32,000 nt of DNA from Opitutales bacterium. GTDB taxonomy: Bacteria > Verrucomicrobiota > Verrucomicrobiia > Opitutales > PNEW01. Position numbers and translations under genes: made by a program. Numbering within the stretch: position 1 is the stretch's first letter; each line of letters starts with the position of its first letter. The notes beneath the pieces are model-generated. The model worked only from the letters and a program-made list of their open reading frames with translations. It was not told the origin of the DNA and did no database searches. This document shows, one piece after another, positions 16,384 to 25,059 of the stretch. The stretch is taken from positions 1,230,001 through 1,262,000 of the forward strand of contig CBDCNV010000001.1 in the NCBI GenBank assembly GCA_965219535.1, in the 5' to 3' direction.

Positions 16384-17520
16384 GTGAGTGACAGTGTAAA
16401 ATTTCATTCTTTAGAATTTGTCGCCTATCCTGCGACCGTCCGCACGGAATGGGTGCACGCCTTGTTCCGAGACGATAATGGAATCGTCAGTTTGGTAGAA
16501 ATAATGAAGACGGGTAGTAGGGGAAATGCAGTTAAGTATTTAGTCGAGGGGGTCGAGAAAATTCGTGGAGAGGCAATTGAGAGAGAAGAAGATATACCCA
16601 ACCTTCTCGGTCTTGTTGATGAAAATATTCGAGCGGAACTTGACTTGGCTTGCGCAGTCAGTGCGCTGCGCACCGCAGTAACTCAATTTCAATCAGCATA
16701 TAGAGGTATCAGTCTGACTCAGGAATTAGGTGGTGCGTTATGTGAAAGCATACCGTTGTATGCGAATATAAATAGATCACTCTTAGGAAACCGTTCTCCG
16801 GGGGCATTTGCCCATGCAGCTGAACTGGCGGTTAGAAGCGGCTTCAATGTTATTAAGTGCGCGCCCTTCGATGAAGTTGCAATTACAGATTCAAATGCGG
16901 ACAAACTCAAAAGTGCGGATGCGGGCATACAGCGTGTGGCGGCGATAAAACATACGGTTGGCAATGAAATAACGGTGTTCGTTGACTGCCATCAACGGTT
17001 TGATGAACAAGCCGCGCTCATCATTTTTGAGAAGTTGGCTGAAATTGGAATCGGGTGGTTTGAAGAACCCATACCGGAGGGAAACAATCAAGCCATGGGG
17101 CGTATTTTAAAGGCTATTTCTGTCCCTTTGGCAGGTGGAGAGTGCAGATACGGAAAGTCACATTTTCTGGAATTAATTTCAAGCAACGCCTGTGACATTG
17201 TAATGCCAGACATCAAATTTTGTGGAGGTGTTGCCGAGGCCCAAAGAGTGGGCCAGTCGATAATTGCTGCGGGTGCTAAGTATTCTCCCCATTGCCCTTC
17301 AGGTCCGGTATCTTTATTAGCGAGCGCTCATGCCACGGCAGCGGTTAAGGGGGCCTACTTATTGGAACATGCGGTTAATGAAATCTCGTGGCGAGCAGAT
17401 ATCCTCTCCCCACCGGAACGGATTGAAAAGGGACGATTGTGGTTTCCCGGTGAGAGGGGACTTGGCGCAACCCTCAACCCAAATACGTTGGAAAAACAGG
17501 GTCGCTGTTGGACTCCTTAG
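16384..17520 (+). CDS. enolase-superfamily enzyme (mandelate racemase / muconate lactonizing enzyme family, sugar-acid dehydratase-like)
   Basis: 378-aa ORF with a GTG start. The metal-ligand pattern 'VFVDCHQRFD', 'WFEEP' and 'AGGE' is typical of the MR/MLE C-terminal barrel. Confidence 0.75.
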   Translation: MSDSVKFHSLEFVAYPATVRTEWVHALFRDDNGIVSLVEIMKTGSRGNAVKYLVEGVEKIRGEAIEREEDIPNLLGLVDENIRAELDLACAVSALRTAVTQFQSAYRGISLTQELGGALCESIPLYANINRSLLGNRSPGAFAHAAELAVRSGFNVIKCAPFDEVAITDSNADKLKSADAGIQRVAAIKHTVGNEITVFVDCHQRFDEQAALIIFEKLAEIGIGWFEEPIPEGNNQAMGRILKAISVPLAGGECRYGKSHFLELISSNACDIVMPDIKFCGGVAEAQRVGQSIIAAGAKYSPHCPSGPVSLLASAHATAAVKGAYLLEHAVNEISWRADILSPPERIEKGRLWFPGERGLGATLNPNTLEKQGRCWTP

Positions 17521-17600
17521 TCTTCAAGGTTATTAATAGCTTCGATCAATCTGGGGTTTCACTGAGATGGGAGTCTAATATTGTTGAGATAAACAATATA

Positions 17601-18001
17601 TCTTCGTCATCGTCTGCCTCCTCGTCTCACAGTTGAGGGGCTATGTCGAAAAAGGTAGTTGAATTTCCCTTTGTCATTGCGAGAAGCAACGCGACGAAGC
17701 TACCGAGGCACGCAACTGCGGGACGACATCTTACATTCCAGGAGGCTGACTTTGCGTTACAGACATTCCCCTGGATCGCCGCAGTCGACTTCGCCTCCTT
17801 TGCGATGACAAATTGGTAGTAATCAAATATTGGTTGGCTGTCCCTAGCGCGTTTGATCGTGCCATATTTGGAGATGCGTGCTAGGTATCAGAAGTTGCCA
17901 AGGCTATGTCGGACGGGCAACTTGATCCACCTTGGGTTATTAGAGCGTATCAGGTAAACTAACTAAAATATATAAGACGAAGAGGCAGACGATGACGAAG
18001 A
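17601..18001. repeat. 401-bp composite element bounded by 27-nt inverted repeats (MITE-like architecture, no transposase)
   Basis: The left arm 'tcttcgtcatcgtctgcctcctcgtct' (17601-17627) matches the reverse complement of the right arm 'agacgaagaggcagacgatgacgaaga' (17975-18001) at 26 of 27 positions. The interior holds an imperfect palindrome at 17673-17809 ('gtcattgcgag...ttgcgatgac') and family-1 copy C. Confidence 0.75.
17831..17932 (+). repeat. interspersed repeat family 1, copy C (about 100 bp, left terminus missing)
   Basis: 'ccctagcgcgtttga...gcgtgct.gg.atcag..gt.gccaag.ctatgtcggac.gg...ccacct' is collinear with copy A. Confidence 0.7.
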
Positions 18002-18130
18002 CGAAGATTATCCTGACCCGAGCTAATATATCTTTAAATTACATTGTACAGTTATATTTATCATTAACCCTGATATTGTTATTAACCGACTAATGCTATA
18101 GGGTAAACCTCCTTCAACAATAAATGGGAA

Positions 18131-19006
18131 GTGACACACGATCATCATAGTGCATCCAGTCGCATTAAGAACTTTAAGTTAGCGTTCTTTTTAAACCTTG
18201 GTTTTACGATTTTTGAACTTATCGGTGGCTTTTTAACTAATAGTTTGGCCATCATCTCTGACGCATTGCACGATCTGGGAGATAGCCTATCATTGGGGAT
18301 GGCTTGGGGTTTAGAGCAGTATTCGGAAAAGGGTGCAACAAGACAGTTCACCTACGGGTACCGGCGCTTGTCACTACTCGCGGCACTCATCAATACGATC
18401 GTTTTGATCGCGGGATCGTTAATCATTCTATCCTATGCAATCCCAAGGGTAATCAACCCTGAACAAACAAATGCAATGGGTATTCTCTTGTTTGCTATTA
18501 TCGGTATAGGTGTAAACGGATACGCGGCATTGCGTGTTAGCAAAGGCCGAAGCATGAATGAAAAAGTCGTTACCTGGCACTTGCTTGAAGATGTAATTGG
18601 GTGGGTCGCCATACTCATCGTGGGTATCGTCCTCCTAGTGAAAGATCTCTATATCCTGGATCCCATTCTTTCCATTATTATCACCCTTTACGTTCTTTTT
18701 AATGTCCTGATTAATTTAAAGAAAACCCTGCTTCTTTTTCTCCAGGGTGTTCCCTCAGATATCAATATGGATAAAGTCGAGAGTGCTTTGCAGTCCATAG
18801 ATAAGGTTATTTCGTCTCACCATACGCATATTTGGTCGCTTGATGGTAGTGACAACGTTCTTACTACCCACCTTGTTGTCGAACCCACGATCTCTCGAGA
18901 TGAAATCAAAACGGTAAAATCGCAGGTTAGGACGATTGCCCAGAATTTGTCCGTTAAACATGCTACAGTCGACCTTGAATTCGATGATGATTCGTGTATC
19001 ATCTAG
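18131..19006 (+). CDS. cation diffusion facilitator (CDF) divalent-metal efflux transporter (CzcD/ZitB-like)
   Basis: 291-aa ORF with a GTG start. His-rich N-terminus 'THDHHS'. TM2 'SDALHDLGD' and TM5 'HLLEDVIGW' metal-site motifs. The C-terminal cytoplasmic domain carries 'HHTHIWSL'. Confidence 0.85.
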   Translation: MTHDHHSASSRIKNFKLAFFLNLGFTIFELIGGFLTNSLAIISDALHDLGDSLSLGMAWGLEQYSEKGATRQFTYGYRRLSLLAALINTIVLIAGSLIILSYAIPRVINPEQTNAMGILLFAIIGIGVNGYAALRVSKGRSMNEKVVTWHLLEDVIGWVAILIVGIVLLVKDLYILDPILSIIITLYVLFNVLINLKKTLLLFLQGVPSDINMDKVESALQSIDKVISSHHTHIWSLDGSDNVLTTHLVVEPTISRDEIKTVKSQVRTIAQNLSVKHATVDLEFDDDSCII

Positions 19007-19056
19007 GTAGAGTTCAGTGAGTAGTGAACAGTTTTGAGTTAAGGAAAGTTGAAATA

Positions 19057-19719
19057 ATGGATGATTGGAAAGCTGAGTTTTTTCCAAAAAAATACCCGAT
19101 TTTAAAATTACTTATTCGTCCATTCATCCACACTTCCATCCTTCCAATTCTTCTACTCGTGTTCACCTGTTATATTAAACCTCTGTTTACTGTTCACTGT
19201 TTACTGTTCACTAAGGTTTTATTTTTTTCTCTTTTATTTCACGAAGTACTAGGTGTTGAGCAAAGGGATAGTCTCCCTCAAACCCAGTTCCCCGAGAAAA
19301 TTGTCGATATAAATGGGAGGCTTATAGATGTAGGCAAACTTACGGAGGAAAAGACGGTTACCGTGGTAACGTTAAAAGCCACCTGGTGTCCTGTTTGTCA
19401 GGAACAATTGATTCGCCTTAAGAATTATCTGAATTTGATCGATACCAAACGGGTAACCTTTCTTGTCCTATCGCCTGGTCCGAAAAATGATCTATTAGAG
19501 ATTAAAAAAAGCACCGGCTTTCCCTATCCTTTTATTGAAGATAAAAAACTGCGAATTACTAAATCACTGGGATTGGATATGAGCGAAAGTGAAATTACTC
19601 CCAGCATTTTTATATTAAATAAGCAGCGAAATATTCGCTGGATGCAAAGAGGGAGAAGCGGTTGGTACTACGGGGACAAGGAGCTGCTTAATGAAATCGG
19701 TATTGTGAATTGGATGTAA
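19057..19719 (+). CDS. membrane-anchored thioredoxin-fold protein (TlpA/redoxin-like, WCPVC active site)
   Basis: The ORF is open from GTG 19024. ATG 19057 follows 'aagga'. The thioredoxin motif 'ATWCPVCQEQL' is present. The hydrophobic N-terminal segment is encoded by repeat-rich DNA, and the start is uncertain (19024, 19057 or GTG 19159). Confidence 0.6.
   Translation: MDDWKAEFFPKKYPILKLLIRPFIHTSILPILLLVFTCYIKPLFTVHCLLFTKVLFFSLLFHEVLGVEQRDSLPQTQFPEKIVDINGRLIDVGKLTEEKTVTVVTLKATWCPVCQEQLIRLKNYLNLIDTKRVTFLVLSPGPKNDLLEIKKSTGFPYPFIEDKKLRITKSLGLDMSESEITPSIFILNKQRNIRWMQRGRSGWYYGDKELLNEIGIVNWM
19183..19210. repeat. perfect 14-bp tandem duplication (ctgtttactgttca x2) in the 5' part of the thioredoxin-like ORF
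   Basis: 19183-19196 equals 19197-19210. The unit length is not a multiple of three. Confidence 0.85.
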
Positions 19720-19832
19720 AAGTTGAATCTTGAGGATTTCATCATTAACTTGCCTCAACGCATGTATAGCTTCACTCTAATTAAAGCTTCGAAGGCAGGT
19801 GTCTAATAAAATCTAGTATGGGGAGAATCCTT

Positions 19833-22661
19833 ATGTCTGAAAAAAATGAATATTTCATAATAAACCACAAAATATCGAAGGTAAAGGTCGTTACGATTGG
19901 TATAATCCTTAGCTCCCTTTTTATCTTTTCACCGCTCTATTCGATGGCGGGAAAACCGGAAAAAGCTGATTTAACGCTACTGACAGAATACTGGGTGCAC
20001 AGCGGATTTTCCGATTTCTCTCAGGGCATTTTTGATAATGGGGGAGCTAATTTATACGTCAATGCCAAGGGCACGATTGAGATGATCAACCACTATGACG
20101 TTAACAACGATGGCTATGTCGACCTCGTTCTCGCGAATGATCATGATAAAATCGAGCGTGGTCCTACCTGGGGCTATATTGTTGATGAAGGTCCGGGCGA
20201 AAACTGGAAACGTTATGAAATGTCTGCCGACAGTGGTTGGATGAGCCGGGTTGCCGACGTGGACGCGGATGGATACCAGGATCTGATTACCGTCAATTGT
20301 TATAATGGAGTGACTTCAGAGTTGCCTGCTTTCATATATTGGGGGGGGGCTGATGGACCGGAGGAGAGTCGGACCGACCTGCCCACGATTGGCGCCTATG
20401 ATGTAGCTATCGTAGACATCAACCGCGATGGTCGACTGGATTTGATTTTCCCTTCGGCTTGGCGAGACAATCATAATCCTGCATTACCCCGGCTGGTTCA
20501 TGTCTATATTCAGGGTGCAGACCGACAATTTAAAGATGAAGGTGAGCGATATAATATGATCGCGACCGGAGCAATATCCATCGCGACGGCTGATTTAAAT
20601 AAAGACGGCTTTCCTGATATTGTTACGGCCAGCTATCGTGCGGGGCAAAGGAATTTGCCATTAAACACCGAGTCGAAAGTTTTCTGGGGAACAGCGGGTG
20701 GAGTCGATAGCGAATCACCTCTTATTTTACCGACTTACGGCGCAAGGCAAGTGATACTGGAAGACCTCAACAGTGACGGAAATACGGATATTACATTTAG
20801 TGGCAGTGATCAGGTTAAGGTCTTCTGGAATAGTGATAAGGGCATAGATACAAGCAGTCCCTTAATCATTGAAGCAAAAGGTGAATCCGGTGAATTTTCA
20901 GAGAATGTCGTGCGTATCGAAATCGCAGACGTCGATAATGACGAAGCATTAGAATTGATGATCGCCACCTCGGAAGGAGTGCAAATCAGGGACGGTAAGA
21001 ATCTTGAGAACATTGAAATGAAACTTCCCGTTAAACATGCTCGTTGGGTAACAGCTGCCGATCTTAATGGCGATAATCGGTTAGAACTTATTGTCAGTAA
21101 AAATTTCGATGAAAATGAATTTAAGACCAAGTCTCCGATATTCTGGAACGGACCGAAAGGCCTTTCATTTGAAGAAGCGAGCTGGGTTCCAACTTATGGT
21201 GTGGTCGGTAATACAGCTGGTGATCTGGATGGAGATGGTCGTCCCGAGGTAATATTCAATAATGTTTATGACGGTCATGTCCATTCCGTGCCTTCCTATA
21301 TTTATTTGGGCAATGAGAAAGCTGATTACGGAGTCGAAAATCGTTTGGAGTTTCACAATAAAAATAGCGGTATATCTCTTATTGCCGACCTCGATTTGGA
21401 TGGATTTCCGGAAGTGGTTTTCAGTACTCCTGATGGACTTCGTATCTACGAAGGGAGCAGGGCGGGACCCAGACAGGATCGATTTGTCGACTTATCAACT
21501 CATGGACATCACGCTGATATGGAGGTTGCTGATTTTAACCGCGACGGATACCTGGACTTGCTTGCCGTCGCTACCGGCGTCTCGGGTGAATACAAACCTT
21601 CACCCCTCTTTTATGGTTCGGCAAACGGATTTTATGAATCAGGCATAGATACCCTGAAATGCGCGGGAATCCGATCGGTCATCGGTGATGTCAATAAAGA
21701 TGGCTATCTTGACGTTTTATTCCACGATAAAGGAGACTTTATACTAATATATACGGGTGATTCTGAAGGCTACTCTGAAGATCGTACGATCAAAGTACCT
21801 TGCCATGGTCTTTTAGATGCGGCAACGCCTAATCTTGCTGACATAAATGATGATGGGTGGCTGGATCTTATTGTTGGCATTCTCGGTCATCGCTTGCGCT
21901 ATAAAGACACCTTGCGAATTTTCTTCGGCGGTCCCAACGGCTACCAAACTGATAATGTGCAAGAATTGCTTGCTGGCTACAGTGGCGGGTTCACCGGGGT
22001 TGCAGATTATAACAATGATGGCGATCTCGACCTCCTGGCAACTTCCTATGCCAATCCGACTTCAAGGACACCACCGGTCCAATTATTTTACGGCAATGGA
22101 AAAACCCTGGATTTCGATAATCCCGTAGACCTTCCAGGATATGCCGCCGGTGCGGTTACCCAGGTCGACTTGAACCGTGATGGGTGGATCGATATCGTTC
22201 TTGGCTGCCATCGCAACGATATTGGGCACCAGGTAGACTCATTGATTTACTGGAATAGCCCACAAGGGTTTTCACCTGACCGGGTTAATGGCATTCCTGG
22301 ATTGGGACCCCATGCGATGACCACCTTTGATCGTGGGAATTCTTATACCCGTGAACCGGTAGAACATTATATTTCCCCTTCCTATGAGATAGGAAATAAG
22401 CGGCCTCGCAGCATACAATGGGTGGCTGAAGAGACGGAACTATTAAAAATGAAGTTTCAGCTTCGTTCGGCAGAGAGCGAAGAAAAATTGGCTGATGCGT
22501 CATGGATGGGACCGAAGGGAGAGGAATCCTTTTTTGAAAGTTCTGGAGAAGAAATTCAGGATATACCAAAGACCGCTCACTGGCTGCAGTATAAAGCCAC
22601 TTTCGTTTCTCCCTACGCCTGCGGTTCGCCTAAACTAAAGGAAGTAAGAATAGAATTATAG
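19833..22661 (+). CDS. FG-GAP/VCBS-repeat protein, 14 repeats (predicted double seven-bladed beta-propeller) with N-terminal signal anchor and C-terminal beta-sandwich
   Basis: The ORF is open from ATG 19818. ATG 19833 is preceded by GGGGAG at a 7-nt spacing. I count fourteen D-x-[ND]-x-D-[GEN]-x-x-[DE]-[LIV] motifs, from 'DVNNDGYVDLV', 'DVDADGYQDLI' and 'DINRDGRLDLI' through to 'DLNRDGWIDIV'. Confidence 0.85.
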   Translation: MSEKNEYFIINHKISKVKVVTIGIILSSLFIFSPLYSMAGKPEKADLTLLTEYWVHSGFSDFSQGIFDNGGANLYVNAKGTIEMINHYDVNNDGYVDLVLANDHDKIERGPTWGYIVDEGPGENWKRYEMSADSGWMSRVADVDADGYQDLITVNCYNGVTSELPAFIYWGGADGPEESRTDLPTIGAYDVAIVDINRDGRLDLIFPSAWRDNHNPALPRLVHVYIQGADRQFKDEGERYNMIATGAISIATADLNKDGFPDIVTASYRAGQRNLPLNTESKVFWGTAGGVDSESPLILPTYGARQVILEDLNSDGNTDITFSGSDQVKVFWNSDKGIDTSSPLIIEAKGESGEFSENVVRIEIADVDNDEALELMIATSEGVQIRDGKNLENIEMKLPVKHARWVTAADLNGDNRLELIVSKNFDENEFKTKSPIFWNGPKGLSFEEASWVPTYGVVGNTAGDLDGDGRPEVIFNNVYDGHVHSVPSYIYLGNEKADYGVENRLEFHNKNSGISLIADLDLDGFPEVVFSTPDGLRIYEGSRAGPRQDRFVDLSTHGHHADMEVADFNRDGYLDLLAVATGVSGEYKPSPLFYGSANGFYESGIDTLKCAGIRSVIGDVNKDGYLDVLFHDKGDFILIYTGDSEGYSEDRTIKVPCHGLLDAATPNLADINDDGWLDLIVGILGHRLRYKDTLRIFFGGPNGYQTDNVQELLAGYSGGFTGVADYNNDGDLDLLATSYANPTSRTPPVQLFYGNGKTLDFDNPVDLPGYAAGAVTQVDLNRDGWIDIVLGCHRNDIGHQVDSLIYWNSPQGFSPDRVNGIPGLGPHAMTTFDRGNSYTREPVEHYISPSYEIGNKRPRSIQWVAEETELLKMKFQLRSAESEEKLADASWMGPKGEESFFESSGEEIQDIPKTAHWLQYKATFVSPYACGSPKLKEVRIEL
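20341..20349 (+). repeat. G9 homopolymer inside the FG-GAP protein gene
   Basis: The codons 'tgg ggg ggg gct' (W-G-G-A) create nine consecutive G residues. This is the longest G/C run I noticed in the window. Confidence 0.9.
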
Positions 22662-22694
22662 AATTGAGTGGAGTTGATGAAACTTCGCTACTCC

Positions 22695-23972
22695 CTAAGC
22701 GTAATATTCTATCGAAGCGTGTAATGCGTCCACTTCCCTTTCAATCTTCTCGAGGGTCTGCATACCCGTTTTAAAAAGAAAAATATGCTTTTGGAAGGAT
22801 TCTACATTCGGGCAATCTCCCTCATGATAGCTTTTTACTTCGCCTTTATACCTTGAATCGAAGTGGGGCGATCGCTCCGGTGGTCCATAAAATGTCATCG
22901 TCTGAAAAATAGGTTCGAGGTGTACTGGTGAACACATACCGTAGAGTCCATCGCCTCCCAGTTCGATATACTTATTACGGAAGGTGTGCCAGTCCACCCC
23001 CAGGGCTTCTTCATCGAGAATAATGGGATAGGAAAAATAGGAGTGTACAATTCCCTCTGGCTCCACCGGTGGAATGAGCCAACTGCACTTTGTGTCTTCG
23101 ATTACGGCGTCAAATTGTGAAGCGATGTAGCGACGCGCGGCAACGAGATAATCAAGCCGCTCAAGTTGACCCAGGCCAAGGGCCGCTTGCATGGAAGACA
23201 TGCGAAAATTATAGCCGAGGCTATCGTGCCGCTTATATCCCCAGTCCTGCCGCTCATCGCGTGGAATCATTGTCTCTCCGGGCTTTGCTGTAAGTGTGCG
23301 ATAACCTTGGACCGCGGCTTTACGGATTTTACCGCCGTATTCTTTGTCGGAGGTGAGAACCATTCCCCCATCACCAGCAGTGGTCATATGCTTGGATCCC
23401 TGAAAACTGAAACTCGACGCGTGACCGATGGTGCCGGCAATCCGGCCTTTGTAATTCCCTAAGAAACATTGGGCACTGTCTTCAACGACGGTTAAATTGT
23501 GTTTCTCCGCTAATTCCAGGAGAGGGTCCATATCAGCTGGTAAACCAAAAATATGAACGGGAATAATTGCTTTAGTGAAGGGTGTGATTTTTCGCGCGAC
23601 ATCAGCCGGATCGATATTGAAAGTACGTGGATCGCTATCAGCGAATACAGGTACGGCTCCACACTGGATAGCGGCAAAGGCGGTGGCCGCCATCGTATTA
23701 GTCGGGACGATTACTTCATCACCCGGCCCAATACCTGCGCCGAGTAAACAGGAGAGTAAGGTGCCAGAACCCGAATTCTGCGAAATAGCATAAGGAACGC
23801 CAAACTTCTGGGCGAACGCGGCCTCAAAGCGTTCAAGCATATCCGCTGATTCCCAGTTTCCAAAACCGGCTTCGAGCACCTCGTTTACATAACGACGATC
23901 AGCCTCGCCACACCGATTGGGTGGCAAATGACTAAAAATCTCTTTCACATCGAACTCTTTAGTTTCAACCAT
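22695..23972 (-). CDS. DegT/DnrJ/EryC1/StrS-family PLP-dependent aminotransferase (sugar/inositol aminotransferase-like)
   Basis: 425-aa ORF. 'SFSFQGSKHMTTAGDGGMV' contains the family PLP-lysine motif. The N-terminal 'AISQNSGSGTLLSCLLGAGIGPGDEVIVP' is typical of the family. Confidence 0.8.
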   Translation of the reverse strand: MVETKEFDVKEIFSHLPPNRCGEADRRYVNEVLEAGFGNWESADMLERFEAAFAQKFGVPYAISQNSGSGTLLSCLLGAGIGPGDEVIVPTNTMAATAFAAIQCGAVPVFADSDPRTFNIDPADVARKITPFTKAIIPVHIFGLPADMDPLLELAEKHNLTVVEDSAQCFLGNYKGRIAGTIGHASSFSFQGSKHMTTAGDGGMVLTSDKEYGGKIRKAAVQGYRTLTAKPGETMIPRDERQDWGYKRHDSLGYNFRMSSMQAALGLGQLERLDYLVAARRYIASQFDAVIEDTKCSWLIPPVEPEGIVHSYFSYPIILDEEALGVDWHTFRNKYIELGGDGLYGMCSPVHLEPIFQTMTFYGPPERSPHFDSRYKGEVKSYHEGDCPNVESFQKHIFLFKTGMQTLEKIEREVDALHASIEYYA

Positions 23973-24267
23973 AATTCAATTTCTCCTTTATACATTTATT
24001 GTACTATATCGAATAACTGCCAAGACATATTTGGAAAATATGGAAAGAGGGTATGCCTATTTCCTGAAATTTTATCTTATGGAAGGTGTGATTGCTTTAA
24101 GTCGATATTATTAAACTATTCAATTATCAGGTGATAACTTTAGAATAGCCCTATAAATTTGCTTTTATTCGGGGCGAGAATATTCATAATAATTGTGAAA
24201 ATATAACATGCGCGCTTTTATTCGTATGAAATTGAAAGTTTTACATTAGTTCAGGATGCTTATGTAA

Positions 24268-24708
24268 TTGGTAAAACCAAAAATACGTAAAGCCATCAAA
24301 AATATATATATCATAGAAGACGATGCGATGATTTGCGATATGATCGCAAGAATCATCGATACCTACTTCCCAGATCTTGAACTCGTGGGGACCAGCCAAA
24401 ATGGGCGCGATGTTTTAAATTTAAGTCCGGAACAGCAACCCGATATTGCGATTGTCGATATAATGCTTCCGGGTGAAAACGGTTTGGATATCTTACAACC
24501 GCTGAAAAACAAATATTCTAAAATAAAAATTCTAATTTACTCGGGATTTTTAACCCTTGATACGATCAGCATGGCTGTTGCGGGAAGAGCCGATGGCGTT
24601 CTAGATAAATCCGAAGGAGTAGAGGCCTTAAAGATAGCGATTGCTGTCATGATGGCTGAAGGGTACTATTATAACCCGGAAATCATCGAACAATTACAAA
24701 CCGCCTGA
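24268..24708 (+). CDS. stand-alone response-regulator receiver (CheY-like REC) protein
   Basis: 146-aa ORF with a TTG start, which is uncertain. 'IYIIEDD' acidic pocket, 'DIAIVDIMLPGENGLD' phospho-acceptor Asp, 'ILIYSG' and 'LDKS' conserved Lys. No output domain is present and no adjacent histidine kinase. Confidence 0.7.
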   Translation: MVKPKIRKAIKNIYIIEDDAMICDMIARIIDTYFPDLELVGTSQNGRDVLNLSPEQQPDIAIVDIMLPGENGLDILQPLKNKYSKIKILIYSGFLTLDTISMAVAGRADGVLDKSEGVEALKIAIAVMMAEGYYYNPEIIEQLQTA

Positions 24709-24792
24709 ATAAATGGCGGATAGACTGTAAGTTTTCGGTAAGAGAACGGATTATAATTTAAGGTATTCTCTATCGACCTTCGATGCTGAGTT

Positions 24793-25059
24793 CTATTCAG
24801 AGTCTAAAGTGTAATCTATTAATTCAGCGAGTATGGCGGAACTTTCCGCATAGCGACTTCGATAGATAATAAAATTAAAGGTGCCGGTTTGAGGGCCAGT
24901 GTCTATGATTATATCCTTCAGCTCTTCGGCTCCCGCCCAATCTTTATTGCCATAGAGATAAGCATAGGAATACCTGTCGTCTACAAATTTGAATGAAACA
25001 TGGGTATATTCTGCATCATAATAGCCTAAATCGAAGTTCTGTCTAAGTGAATGACACCC
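24793..25059 (-). pseudogene. start-less open frame continuing the Sel1-repeat gene in another frame (apparent frameshifted C-terminal domain)
   Basis: 88 sense codons run on the minus strand (24796-25059, stop at 24793-24795) with no ATG, GTG or TTG start. They encode non-low-complexity sequence '..FDLGYYDAEYTHVSFKFVDDRYSYAYLYGNKDWAGAEELKDIIIDTGPQTGTFNFIIYRSRYAESSAILAELIDYTLDSE'. The frame overlaps the Sel1 stop at 25026-25028. Confidence 0.4.

Noticed and set aside
17831-18130. Possible metal-sensing (czcD/NiCo-type) riboswitch upstream of the CDF transporter, suggested by 'cggacgggcaac' and nearby stems.
   Set aside because: The same sequence belongs to a repeat family also present at 2744-2916 and 16143-16249, next to unrelated genes. 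I cannot reproduce the four-way-junction consensus by eye. cmsearch with the Rfam NiCo model would settle it.
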